DNA of 64,000 nucleotides, from NCBI GenBank assembly GCA_000708835.1, contig DF237083.1, positions 62,001-126,000 of the forward strand, written 5' to 3'. Below are positions 22,996-35,157 of this stretch, piece after piece. The notes under the pieces were generated by a model, which was given only the letters and a program-made list of their open reading frames with translations, was not told the origin of the DNA and made no database searches. The stretch comes from Klebsormidium nitens (taxonomy: Eukaryota > Plantae > Klebsormidiophyceae). The translations under genes were made by a program, and so were the position numbers. Numbering within the stretch: the stretch's first letter is position 1; each line of letters opens with the position of its first letter.

Positions 22996-25900
22996 ATGAC
23001 GTCGTCTGCGGGCCATGCCGGGGGTCCCTTGCAGCGGCCCGCTGCACGTACGAAGGCAGCGGCTACCAAGGAGACAGAAACCCTCATCAGCCGCGAGCTG
23101 TCTCTCAGCGAATGGGCCAAACAGGAGGCAGAGGAGGTGCCGTCTTCTCTCACAGAAGTCCCTTCTACCTCAGGCGAAGATGTGGAACGGTCGGGTTGGT
23201 TGGATGCGATCGTGGGTTACTTGGCAAAGAGCAGCCGGAAGAAACGGGAGCTGAGGGCCAAGCTGCACGAAGAGGGGCTGGTGCAGATTGCGGCGGAGAC
23301 GCTGACGTTCTGGCAGAAGATATGGCACTATGTCTTTGTGGACCCGTACGAGCGCGTCAATGTCTGGAGCCATGGGGTATGTGTCAATCTCACTCTTGCC
23401 CCATTGCCTGTTGCGTATCGCCAATCTACAGTGTACAATTGAATCAAATTCCAAACATTGGCCCCAGGCAAATCATCAATGCACAACGGGCTGGCGGCTG
23501 GGTCAGGCCGCATGAGAATCTGCATGCACTTGGCTGATTGTTCCGCTTTTGTGAGACTTCAGTTATCCAAATGCCAGCCGGGGTCAGCTTTGGTGATCAG
23601 ATTCAGACAGCTCTCGTTTGAGTGTGTTCGGGCTGTTTGGATGCATGAATCCTAAGGGCTTTCTCGAAAATTCATTTTGTTCACCGTTTTGCCCTGGTCC
23701 ACATTCTGGCCCCCTGAACGCTGCTGGTGGCGGAATAGTGGTCTCACTTTCCTGATGAAGGCATCACTTGTTCGCGAAACTGTCACCTTTGGTATGATTG
23801 ATTTCAGTCCTTCACACAAGGAACAACTGTTGTGATAGCAGTCCTGTTGTTGGATTTGGAAACCTTCTAGTTGAGCCAGCGGGAGGTCATCAAAAGGTGG
23901 CGACACTTGGCCTGACTATCCTTCGGGCTCCGTCCTGACCTGCTTCTGGCCCTAGTGTTTACCCTCTCACTCCCCATGCCCCAGGTGTCAACAGCTATAT
24001 CTGAAAATTAAAGCACTTGTCCCCAGAATCTAGGGGCGTAATCTTCCCCTCAAATTTGACACTAATTTTGAGCCCACTCTTTTGGAACTGGTTTCTTCTC
24101 TTCAACCTTCCAGTTGCGCTGTCATTGCAGTTGGGGGCGCTCTTCTTCCTTTGTTATGCAGTCTGGGGCCGTGTCGGGTGGCTCTTCCCCCTGTGCGCTT
24201 GCACGACGCACCTGCTCTCAGTGGTATGTCCCCCTAAGGGATCCTCAGTGAAAACCTGAACCTTTGGAGGTGGTGACGTCTCGTATCTTTTATCTTGTGG
24301 GGGACCCAGAATGTCCAATAAGCTTAAACAATCAGTTGCGTGCTGCCCGACTGCTTGAGGCTTCTGGTAAACAGGAAGTCGATGAACTGTGCAGGCACCC
24401 ACATGTGTGCAGGGTGAGTGCATATATATATACGACCCGACATGGGCTCCTGACTGCCTACTAAGCTTCAAGTCAATATCTGTTCTTCTTTTTACCCCAG
24501 GAAGAGCATGCCAGAGAGTTCTGCTGTGGCACGAACCCTTTGCAGAACAGAGCAGGAGTGCCTTCTGGTTTTCCTTGCCCCTTGACTTTGTTCCAGTTCC
24601 ATATGACTGACGGCCGCTTGGACTCCTGCAGGGAGCCCACATTTACCCCGGTAGCCTGATGACTGAGAAGCTGGACCATCTTGGGATCGTAAGTCCTTCT
24701 GTATCCCTTCTCCGTTTCGTTGAGACAGCGGAAAACTGGATGCCGGCTTCCAAGCTGGCATTGTCCAACTTACAGCGCTTGCAATGCAGCGGGTACTGGA
24801 GCACCAAGCTCTTCAGGTTCATGTAAGCAGAGCTCCTTTTGCAAGATTCAAAGTCCCGAGATTGAGCCACATTTAACTAGGGAATGCGTCGTAACCAACT
24901 GGATGACGACGTTGATTCGTGCTCGCCTCCCTTCGTTTCCTGGGGCTCGCAGAATCTTTTGTTTGCGTAAATGTTTGGTCGTTGTTGGTTCCTTGCTGAA
25001 GAAGTTAAGCCGTGAGGTCCTTCTTCCATTTAAGGAATGTCATGGCTCTGTCCTCCAGATAGTCGAAACGGCGATTTGCACCTCCGACCCACAACAGTCT
25101 CCATCGAGTGCACACATGCAAATGCTTCGCGTCCCTCTTCCCCCCCAGGTTTTCCTCATCGTCGGTACCCCCCTGAGCATCGACGAGGCCCTCAGCTGGC
25201 GTCTCGGCGGCCGCCTCTATGCCAAGTACATCATCCCGGCCATTGGTTCCGCAGCCGTGCTTCCGGACGAGCCTCGCGTGCTCGGTTTCGTAGCGGGTTC
25301 AATAGCGCTCTTAGGCGTGTACCAGCATCTGCTGTGGGAAGTGGTGAGGGGCCGGGATCCTTTCACGCTAGGACAGGTGCGTCCGGGGGAGGGTAGCTGT
25401 ACGGTCCTTTTGTCTTGGTGATTCCGCGTTTCCAGATGGCCTCAATCAGCTTAATCTGCGTAAGTTTGTTTTGAATAGATGGCGCTAACTTTGAGAAAGC
25501 CTCCCGACGTGTTTTCTTCGAGAATTCTCTATTTTTTGATCCTTCTGATCCTATCTTGGCTTGAGGAGTGGAAGATGAAACACGTTCCCTACTTCTGTGA
25601 CGACCGTCTCAAATAACCCAGCCGAGTGTCACTCGGTTTGCAGCTTTCGCTTTCTGTTTCGGCACTGGTAACTGCACTCGTGCGTTATAGCTCGCTCATA
25701 ACTTCCTTACAAAAACGAAGGAAGTTACCCTCAGCTTTTGAGAAGCGCATACCTTTTCGTCCGCAGATCATGCTGGCTGAGCTGGCACTCTACTTGAGCG
25801 TGGCGTTCCTCTTCCTGAAGGGCGGGAACCACCACCGGAGCAAGGTACGCCAACCTACGCGGCTCTCTTTATGTGCTACGAATCTGCTTCTTTTGGCCTG

Positions 25901-26208
25901 CTGCAAACAGTGAGTCACACATGCTTCGAGCGGCAGGATTCACACCGAAACTATTGGTACGAATGTATTTCTGCTTAAGCAAATTAGTAGACGTTGCAGA
26001 CGCTTTAGATTATATATTCTGTTGCTACGTCCAACAAATCGCCTGGGTTTTTTCATTTCAGGCCTCTCACGCCCGTCTTTCTAATGTGCAGTGGGCCCTT
26101 GCCGATCATCACTTAGCCCACTACTGTGTGACGGTAGCCAGCGTCCTTCATCTCGTTTGGCTGCACCATATACGAGCAGAGTCGGTACAGGGGTACCAAA
26201 CGACGTGA
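22996..26208 (+). CDS. Hemolysin-III/PAQR-family membrane protein. Exons 22996-23376, 24131-24223, 24632-24688, 25149-25343, 25767-25844, 26092 (or 26062)-26208
   Basis: Phase-0 joins restore ERVNVWSHG-LGALFF, LLSV-GAHIYP...EKLDHLGI-VFLIVGTP and DHHLAHY...VLHL, the conserved PAQR/HlyIII motif series. Confidence 0.8.
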
Positions 26209-28050
26209 GGAGCCGAGTTAGTGGATAGGAGACGGTCAAAGGTGCTTGAGTCTCTGGTTCTTTTAATGGACGTCAACGTGAGAATTGTTCTCCAAGCAGA
26301 AGTAGGTCTATGTAGGTCGCACGCCCCTCCATATCGAAATCTGGCTGACGTTTGGAATCCCTCATGTGAAGAACGGCTTAATTTATGCATTCGCATTCCG
26401 TTGCTTTGAGCTTTTTCACAGCTATTTGATTGCTTTTCTGGTTGAAGTTGCCGCTTGAGGTTGGACACGATGTTGTGTCGCTTATAACCGTGATAGCTGC
26501 GTGGCCCACCGGGCTGGTATGGTCATGGGCAGATAAAAGAGAACGTACATCAATGAAACTCGACAGTTGGCATGTGTGAGCGCGTCTACGATTGGCAACT
26601 GCATGTCCAAGTCATGGTGTCAGGCTATACCTACATGCACGGCTTGCTTCATTGATCGTATATATACGACTTCGTGCACACGGTGCCCTCTTAGCCTTCG
26701 AGCTTTCTAGAGTCATTGAGATCGCGAAGCACACGCACATGCTAGCATCATCATATCTGAATCAAACTTTTATATCTTTGCTTTATCATGCGGACGTAAT
26801 TGTCACGTGTCGAACTCGGTAAGCACTCGCCGCATGACAATCAATGATTCGGCATGGCCCGGCACTGATCCATCCGGAATTACTATGAGGAATGATCGCA
26901 GGAACTTAGCCTCTAGGTTCGTATATGCACTGCAGCCCTATCAGAAGGTTAAATCTACAACTTGTCCGCGATCTCAGGTATATGGGTCACTAAGGCATGC
27001 ATTCGTGCATTCTGTTGACGTCAGTGACTTGAGGATGGGCTCGCATTATCATCATCACTGAGGCCTGCTTAGTACGTCCACGTCCAGATCGATGTGCCAG
27101 TATCTTGCATAGAGAGCATGCTCTTGCATGAACAGTTGATATTCAGAATGTCATGGCGTGGTCGATCCAGCGTGCACCTTTTACACTTTGCAGAAAACTT
27201 GCACACATACAAGGCAGGTTCTGGTCCAATCAGGTGAGCCAAATGACCTTCTATGAGAAATACTTCAAGTTCGCCAACGAGGTATTATGGGCACCGTACA
27301 CTTGAATCGGAACACTTGGATGCACCGGCTTCTATGCCTTCAACATTGGCAACCCTTGTAGGCCGCCTCACTAATACTGGAAAGAAGCCACTGAGCTTAT
27401 AAGTCTTATAAGAGGAGGTGAAAAAGCTGAAAAGTTGGAACGGCCTCTAACGTGCCATCTCAAACTTTTAGCTCGGATCCGTATCCTCGTTTCGGGCTCT
27501 TTTCGTTTGAAGCGCTTTCAGATGTTGAATTGTGTGGCAGGCAGGTTGATAGTCGTTTCTTCAAGTCTTGATCGGTTGCCAACTTTTTGTTTTCGCCTCT
27601 CGAAGACTGAAGCCAACTTAGCACTTCCTAAAGACTTCGCTGATCCGCAGTCTACACTCTCCTATGGTAGTCTCTTTTAAAGACCCCAGTGCCGGAATCA
27701 TTCGTCTCCGGAAGCCTGAGGATCTGAGAGACACCGATCTGCTGAGAGTCTCTACCTAATCTTTGGCTACAACTGCGGCGGTGCGTTTCAGGACAATACC
27801 CCTCTACTGTAAGCTTTCCCAAAGCTGCACCAATGAGAACGTTCTTTGACAAGCGAGAGCGATATGTCATAACGAAAAAAATGGATACTTCCAAGGTATT
27901 AAGCGGTGGTTCAAGAAGAGGGGCGCCCTGGTAATTGCACTGCTTGCGGTGAAAACCTCTGGCAGCCCTAGAGCATCAAATAGTCATCAAGCGCTCCAAT
28001 AACTCGGACTCGAGATCTGGCACTTAATTCGGACCAGCTAGAAGGAGAGC

Positions 28051-28360
28051 GGGAGGGGTGGCGGGGGGCGGAGCCCCCCCGTTTTGCCTAGGAGAATGGT
28101 ACGCTGTGTAGAGAACGGGGCAAAAAGTGCCCAAACCGCCCACAATTATGCCAAAAATAGTGTGGAGAAGTTGGGTATCGATCCCAATACCTCTCGCAAG
28201 TGCTGACGTCGTAATGACCTCGTGCTAAGCGAGCGCTCTACCATCTGAGCTACATCCCCTGATCCGATTGGCCCTAAACACCATAAAAATGTTATAGACT
28301 CATTTTGCAAAGTACAGCTGTGAAAAGGGACGGGGGGGCTGCGCACCCCGCACCCCCCGG
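28051..28360. repeat. Imperfect ~30-bp GC-rich inverted repeat pair flanking the tRNA gene
   Basis: Reverse complement of 28051-28086 (acgggggggctccgccccccgccacccct) aligns with 28330-28360 (acgggggggctgcgcaccccgcacccccc). Confidence 0.6.
28163..28259 (-). tRNA. trnA-AGC: tRNA-Ala(AGC) with a 24-nt intron (28222-28199) at canonical position 37/38
   Basis: GGGGATGTAGCTCAGATGGTAGAGCGCTCGCTTAGCA[intron]TGCGAGAGGTATTGGGATCGATACCCAACTTCTCCA gives a 73-nt mature tRNA; TTTTT Pol III terminator a few nt downstream. Confidence 0.93.
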
Positions 28361-28402
28361 GCCCGCGCGGCTTCAATTCTGCCCACTGCAAGAAGCAAGA
28401 CT

Positions 28403-28426
28403 CAGAGTCAGAGTCAGAGTCAGAGC
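28403..28426 (+). repeat. (CAGAGT)n hexanucleotide microsatellite
   Basis: cagagt x3 followed by cagagc. Confidence 0.8.
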
Positions 28427-29822
28427 TCAGTTACACAGCTTGCTTCTGGGTTTTGCTCCATTGGGAGTGTTCATGAGGCCGAGAGGTGGACATAGATGAT
28501 AGAGTAGTTGCCTTCTGACTTTCTGACAGCTGGCGGAGGCAGCTGAACAGCATTGTGTTGCAAGCACCTGCACACGATTACATCAACACCCCGCTGAATG
28601 CAGAATTGACACTCATTAGCCTTCTCATAGTAGGAAGACGTGAGGGGTATTGAAATAAGCAATAGTCTCTGAGTGGCAGAGGGTGGGGAAGGCGCACTGC
28701 AGAACGCGGCGAAGGAGCAATTGCATTTGTGATAATGTAAGTCCCAGCTCGGCGTCAATTCTTGAAAGGCTTGAGAACAAGCAATGCATCTACAATGAGC
28801 AATATTGCATCTTCAACCAACTTGGAGAACTATTTAAGGGCCGCTTGCTTTCACAGCATTGTACGTATTGCTGTGCGCTCGCAGAGAAAATCTGGTGGTG
28901 AGCTGAACATTGCTTATACACAGAAAAAGGTGGTGGTGGCTGCTGGCAAACCCACGAAGTACAACAGCATTGTTGGGGCACTAAGATAAAATCTTCTGCA
29001 AGAGATCTTGTATATTGTCCCTTTTGATATAGTCTCACAACGCAGCTGGGGGCGCCTCCGCTTTTGAGACAGTTGGGCCCATTGCAAGGCTGCACATTTG
29101 ATACTTGTGTACTTTTCCAATCTAGTTGCATCAGTTGAGAAGCGAAGGGCTCACAAAGAGCGCACGTGCCCCGAGGCAGACGTCAGTGATTCTGTCAGGC
29201 GGCTCTTGTCTTTCTGCTGAAGCTTGGCTCCTTGGATCTGATACACGGGAGTTTATGTATAGCATAGCAGTCAGTCTTCTGATTGAAAGAAGACAGAGAT
29301 GGGGCGCAAATCTCCTCATCATATTTTGTCTACAGAAGAACGGGGGGCATCTCTGAGCTGATTCAGTTCCCAGACACAGAGTTGGGAGAGTGAACTTAGT
29401 TTTCAAAGTTCTGGTGGCTTTGATTTCGCAAAGGTTCACCCTTTTAACTGTCTGTGATTGTTCCTCTCTGGGCTACTTAGTACTCACAGTGTTCTTGTCT
29501 TGTCTGAGCTGGACGATGCCCATACTTTGACTGGTAGCTTATGCGTTCATACCAACAAGATAAAGAGAACTGGTCAATATCGCCTAAGAACCCCCTATTC
29601 CTCTTTGTGTGCCTATGTCAGATCGGCCGGCTTCGCTTTGTTTCCACACTCAGGCAGAGTCGAGTCACACTATACTTTTCCTGCAGTCAGTCAAACATAA
29701 ACGTTCTGTGGTATGATTTTGACAAGCAATCCTGCCACTTCTGCAGGCTGTTTGAAGGTTTGCGCGTCATCAGTGACCAGCCCTTCAGCCGCCCGTGATA
29801 TTAGCTACACTGCACGCGGAGG

Positions 29823-31724
29823 GTGGTGGAGACTTTATGGTTCAGCGACCAGGAGATACGATCCGTCAGCAGCATCCGCTGTGCTGCAAAACCAGGTGGA
29901 GTTACTTTGCCTGCCGCCAGCAATAAGAACCCTGCTAATGATTCCGCAGTCATGGGGGGGCGGAAAAGAACAGGGCCGGAAAGACTGGTGGAGGAGAAGC
30001 ATGAATTGGCATTGAAGAGTAGAAAACTGGGACAGACAACATGCCAGCGGCTAGTGTTGGAAGGGGCTTGCTCGATGGGTGAGGAAAGCGGTGGGGAAGG
30101 AGGGGAAGCGATTATGCCCACTGGAGGCTGCGTCCATGTGGTATCTGGAGCAGAATTTTTTGCTCAAGAGGGGGCAGGAGGACGAGAGGAACGGAACGAG
30201 CCGATTCTGGGCGCTCAGGATATGGAGGCGGGGTTGGCGTGGCTGGAGCGCTGCTTGGAGGCCGAAGTTGAGCGGTGGAACGACGAAGTTGTCCGAAGGG
30301 AGGCGGCGGAGGCGGACACTGCGACAGCGGAGAGAAGGGCTGCGCAGCTGGAAACGGAGGTGATCCGGTTGAAAGGTCTGCTCGTCGAGAAGGACCCAGC
30401 AGTAGATGAGAGGAGGGGAGTGGAGTTTGCCAAGGCGTCAGTGGAAGCAAGAGCAGAAGAGGGACCTGAGGATGCGGAAACGGGGTCGGAATGGGCAAAG
30501 ATGGGCGCAGAGGGCATGGATGAGCGAACAGAGAAGGTGCATAAGAGGTTGAAAGACGCCGATAAGATGGTGGCGGAGGCAAAGGTCGCAGCAGAAGCTC
30601 CGAAGAACAAAGCGGAAGCTGCGACGACAAGGATGGAAGAGGCGAATACAAGGGCAGCGGCCTTTACGCGTGCGTTTGCTGAGCAGACGGGTCGTGTAAC
30701 TAGAGCGGAGGCTGTGGCGGCACTGGCGCAAGCAGGAGCGGATGCCCTTGCAAGAGAGTTGGCACAGACCAAGAACGCCGAAAAGGGCCTTGAGATGGTC
30801 GGGGCCGGCAGGCTGAGACAGTTGCTCCTGGAGAAGAGCCACGCGTTGGACGAAGCGAATGCAAGAGCGGAGAAAGCGGAAATGGATCTAGCGCGCGCAA
30901 ATGTTTTGGGCGTTGCGAGTGCGAGAGTTGGGAAAGGAGAACGCAATCTTGCTGACGAAGTGGCGTGTCGAGTGGGTGCGGAGACGGCTGCCGCAATCAC
31001 GCGAGAAAATGCGCACGGTCTTGCCAGAGAGCTGGAGCGATGTAAGACCCGTCCGGAAACAGCGGAGTCGGTCAGCGCCTTAGCTAACGCCAGGTTAGCC
31101 GGGATGCAAGCCGAGGTTGCTGGCCTGAAACGGTTGCTTGTTGAGAAGGATCGAGCGGCGAAAGAAGCAAAAGCCAGAGCGGAAGAGGCGGAAAAACGGA
31201 GAGCGGAAGAGGCGATTGCGAGAACAAACTGGGCAAGTGCAAGAGCCGAAGAAGCGGGCGACTCGGTCACTGAGGATTTGACACAGCGGGTCCGGGCACA
31301 GTCGACGGCAGGAATTGGGCAAACAGGCAATCGGCATGCGAAAAAAGTGGCGCAACCGGGGGAGTGTTGAAAACACGGCGACGCAGAGGCTGCGATCGCG
31401 CAGGCTAAGGTCGCCGCAATGCAGAAGGAACTGGCTCGTGTGACAAGCTTGCTCGTTCACAAGAACGAAGCCCTCCGGAAGGCGGAGTCAGCGGCGGCGT
31501 TGGCGCAAGCACGAGCGAGCGGACTTGCGATGGAGATTGCGAAGATAGCCGCCTGCCAGGCGAGAAGCGGTCCAGGAACGGGGCAAGTGGTGCCAGGGCA
31601 TTCAGTTGATCGGGCTTTCGCGGTTGCTTCTCCGTCGCTGGTTGTTGCGCGCGCAACTGCCCGTCCGGAACGGCGGAACGGCGTGGGACGAGTAAGACCG
31701 GTGGTAGCGGCTGGGCAGCATTAG
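29823..31724 (+). pseudogene. Coiled-coil family copy 1, single frame interrupted by one TGA (31368-31370)
   Basis: 515-aa ORF plus an in-frame continuation (KHGDAEAAIAQAKVAA...) homologous to copy 2 (INGDAEATIAQVKVAA); shared motif EPILGAQDMEAGLAWLERCLEAE. Confidence 0.65.
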
Positions 31725-32313
31725 GTGGGTAAAGGAACGGGTGCCAGTTTTACGGTTGTTCTACTCAAGGGGAGTCCACAGATTTCCATGGGGTAAACCG
31801 GATATCTTGGCAGCTTTGTTGCAGCTGCGATTCCGGAGTCTCAGGGGTTTGCTTGTCGGCTGTTTAAGCGTTCAATGCAGCCCTTCTGACGACTGTTCTG
31901 TGGTCTCGTATTGAGCCTCACTCGCGTTTCGCTTATGTCCCTATTTCCCAAGTTTACTTTCACCCTGAGATGGTTCATGCCTGCGGCCCTGTGCTCACGT
32001 CCGCTCCTCTGCAAAACCTAATTCTGCTTTGTCAAGTGTTGTTGCCTTTTTGACAATGCGCGTCCCGGGCTTCATGGAAAGTGGGTTCAGTGAAAGCTTG
32101 GTTTGGTTTGGTTCATTCAAAGGTCACTGTCATTCAGAAAACGGGTCAAGTTTTGATCTGGTGTGCTGTTTCCGTCATTTCAGGTGGCTGCAGTTGACCT
32201 CTTTCGAAGAAGCTGGCCCGGGCGCTCCATAAGCGGATCTCGGTGAGTCCGCAATCAGAGTACGCTTCGTGTGCCTCGCTCGTCTGGCACGGTCCTCTTG
32301 CGGATTTGTTCCG

Positions 32314-32600
32314 TCAGTCTACAGAGTAGAATCTGGCCGTGTGGCCTTTCGGAATTATCAGTTGAGTTGGCTCTCCATTGCTTGAAAACGGTGAATCAGC
32401 AAATGCTGTGAAGGTTGGTGCATTTTGCTGAGTGTACGGCCGATTGGACAGAAACCCCTCAGGCTGGCGCGTATCTGAGGTATCAATATCCCCAAGTTGA
32501 TCAATGCCCTTAAACATTGCGTCTAAAGTTGTCCAATCTGGGTGATCCGCTCGGCCAGCTCCAGATCGCCGCTGATCGTCGGCAGTGAGGTGCTCGATTT
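32314..32600 (-). CDS. Possible terminal exon of an unknown gene
   Basis: Open frame ...DDQRRSGAGRADHPDWTTLDAMFKGIDQLGDID...ARFYSVD* preceded by a CAG; no family recognised. Confidence 0.18.
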
Positions 32601-35157
32601 GTGTGCTGTGAACTCATTACAAGAGCCACGCGACTTTGATTCTCTGTCCCTTGTGCTTTTCGTTGTTGCAGGTCTCGGATCCCAGTGCTTCTTCATAGTC
32701 CTCTCTGGGCTAGACTTGGAGAAAAGCAAACCTGGGTTGAAAACAAAAATCGCAAGAAGCATTGTCGGAACGTTCCCGGGGCCCCGAGGGTGGCGATGCC
32801 CGACTTCTGTGACGTCGTGTTGAGCAAGGTTGCGGAAGGCGTCCCATATTTTCTTGGAGTTGGTCAAGATTGTGAGAACTTTGATAACCGCAGTCATGCC
32901 TCGTCGTAGCGGTAAGGGCTACAAGCAAGTGCACAGCCTTACCTAACTACGACACAAAAGCTTTGGATGATTGTAATCGTGCTTGTGAGGTTTGGCAACT
33001 AGAAACAAAAGTTGCCATTTCCGAACGGTTCAATTCCCCTTCTATCTGTTCGCATGGATTTCGTAAGAGTGGTCGACTAAGTATGCGGGCTGCCCGGCCT
33101 AGGCTTGAAGGCTCAACTGTGTGATGGGTTGATTTGCAGCCTGTGACAAATCATTATCTTGACAAGAGTATTACGAACATCGGCGCTTTCGATGCTGCGG
33201 GCCAAAGTGCAAAATACTATACAGATCATGTGGGCGACTCATTGGTGCGCATCATTCTTAAGCATGAATGTACGCTGGGGAGCTCTAGCGCGCCACTGGA
33301 GCGCATGCGCTGAAGACTGAGCCATGCATGATTGAATATGCCCAGGCTTATATTGTATCAGAGAGTATTGAGAGCATCGAGGCCGGTCCAGATCCAGCCT
33401 ACCATGTCAAATACCTTTTATAAATGTTGCAGAAGAGCATGTTCGACCTAAGCCTGCTGATCCAGAAATGCCAACGTGTAAATATTCTGGTCATGGCGAA
33501 TCGAGTTGCGCCAAATTAATCAATCTCAGATCTCTACAATGCTAGTAGGGCAATCAGGAAGAGGCAGGCGAGAAACCTCTAATGCAGAGATAGACATGTG
33601 AGTCAGTGCCTGGCCTGCGAAGTTCCGACTGGTGTGGGTGAAGTTCGTGCGAGTCGTTTGGCCCCTTGAAAACCCGACTGCACTCACAGTCAATTGAGTG
33701 CACAAATCATGTCTCAGACAGCGTGATGTTCGAGCTAGCCAGCCGCATGATCGTGCCATCGCTTTCTCGCATGGTCAGGCCATCCTAGCTAGCGTGACGA
33801 TCGGACTCTCGCACAAGACGGTCACGTTGCACGGAGAGAAATCTAGATCTTATGTAGCACTGTATTTTCACTCCAAGCGCAGTCCCTTGAATCCGGATAG
33901 GCGGCCAATCTTTTCGTGCAGCCGCTCTCAAGAGGGACTTGCGCGCATCCGGCAGCGCTGTCAAGTTTGCCCGGCGGCTAGCTCTCTGTGGCGCAGGACA
34001 TCTGTCATAGAATGCAGAAAGCTGACTTGGTCGTTGGTGTTCATTCTTTCGTCGGTATTCGCTCCGCATTGTTTAGCAGATCCTCATGCACGGTCAGCTG
34101 CAACAACAGCCAATTGTTTGCAGTCCCTAGCTTCAGCCTCGTTCAACCCTCCCTCTGTAGCAACAAAGTTTTTCAATCAACTAGAGTGGGCGGCACAGAT
34201 ATGTTGACTTGCATTTTGAACATGATTCACAAGCCCAGGCACAACATCTGGGTATGTTCAAAATGCGGGCGGATTGCATGCCTCAGCTGTCTTCTGCGGT
34301 GAACTTCAAAAGCTCCAGCCGATCTGATTGGAGTAGTCGGCGAGTGTCGCAATGGCCTCTTTGAATGGATTTTGAAGCTGTTGTTAGATTCAGCATCAAT
34401 GGTGGTGATTAGGTACCAGGTTCAAGAGTGACAGCTAATCAAAGGGAGTTGCTATGCTTGCAAGGTCTCTTTCCGCTTCTAGCATTGGGATTTGAAGTAA
34501 TGGGCTCAAAGGCTGTTGTCCTATGCTGGAACTTCTGACCAATTGAAGGTAGGATGAAAAAGACCTCATCCCTTGTAAGGGCTCCTGACGTGATTAACTC
34601 AAGTGGTGAAGGGTCTCAAGGCTAAAACATCCTGTGCGGGAATAGGATCTGGGTTTGGCTCCACCTGGTGATGTCTGGTCTCGATGACTGACCTCATTAT
34701 TGACAGGAGGGTGTGCATTCAGTCCACATAGATGAAGGACAATGTGTCAAGACGTTTTACAAGTACCCTGGTCTTTCTGATGTGCTCAACGGATTAGCTG
34801 CACTCGTTTTGTAACTCTCTTCAGGCAGACTTGTGACATATCGACTGTCCTCTTTGTTCAACCGAATACAACCCTTGCCTACCCTCAAATTGATTTCTTG
34901 CTATTTCTGCAGACTCCTTTCGAGATCTCTGTGTCTCCGATGACAAGCCCTGCTTCCGCCCGCAAAATCCGCTCGACCAGACGCGGAGAGTGGCAAGAAT
35001 TTGACGGGTCCATGACCAGGACAGGTGTTCCAACAGCAGCATATGCTCTGCAGGAATTCCGAGTGAATTCCTCCGTGCACAGTCAGCAATGAGAACCTGC
35101 GAGTGACCACCAATACCCAGAGGCAGCGATCTGGCGGCTGAGAAAACGGCCGCAACA

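Noticed and set aside
28030-28090. Helitron 3' end (hairpin followed by CTAG on the minus strand)
   Set aside because: The hairpin-to-CTAG distance is too long, the following base is not T, and no 5' TC end or helicase was found.
33770-34180. Minus-strand frame with several TGA stops that looks like a decayed gene
   Set aside because: No recognisable motif, and TGA is the commonest stop by chance at this composition.
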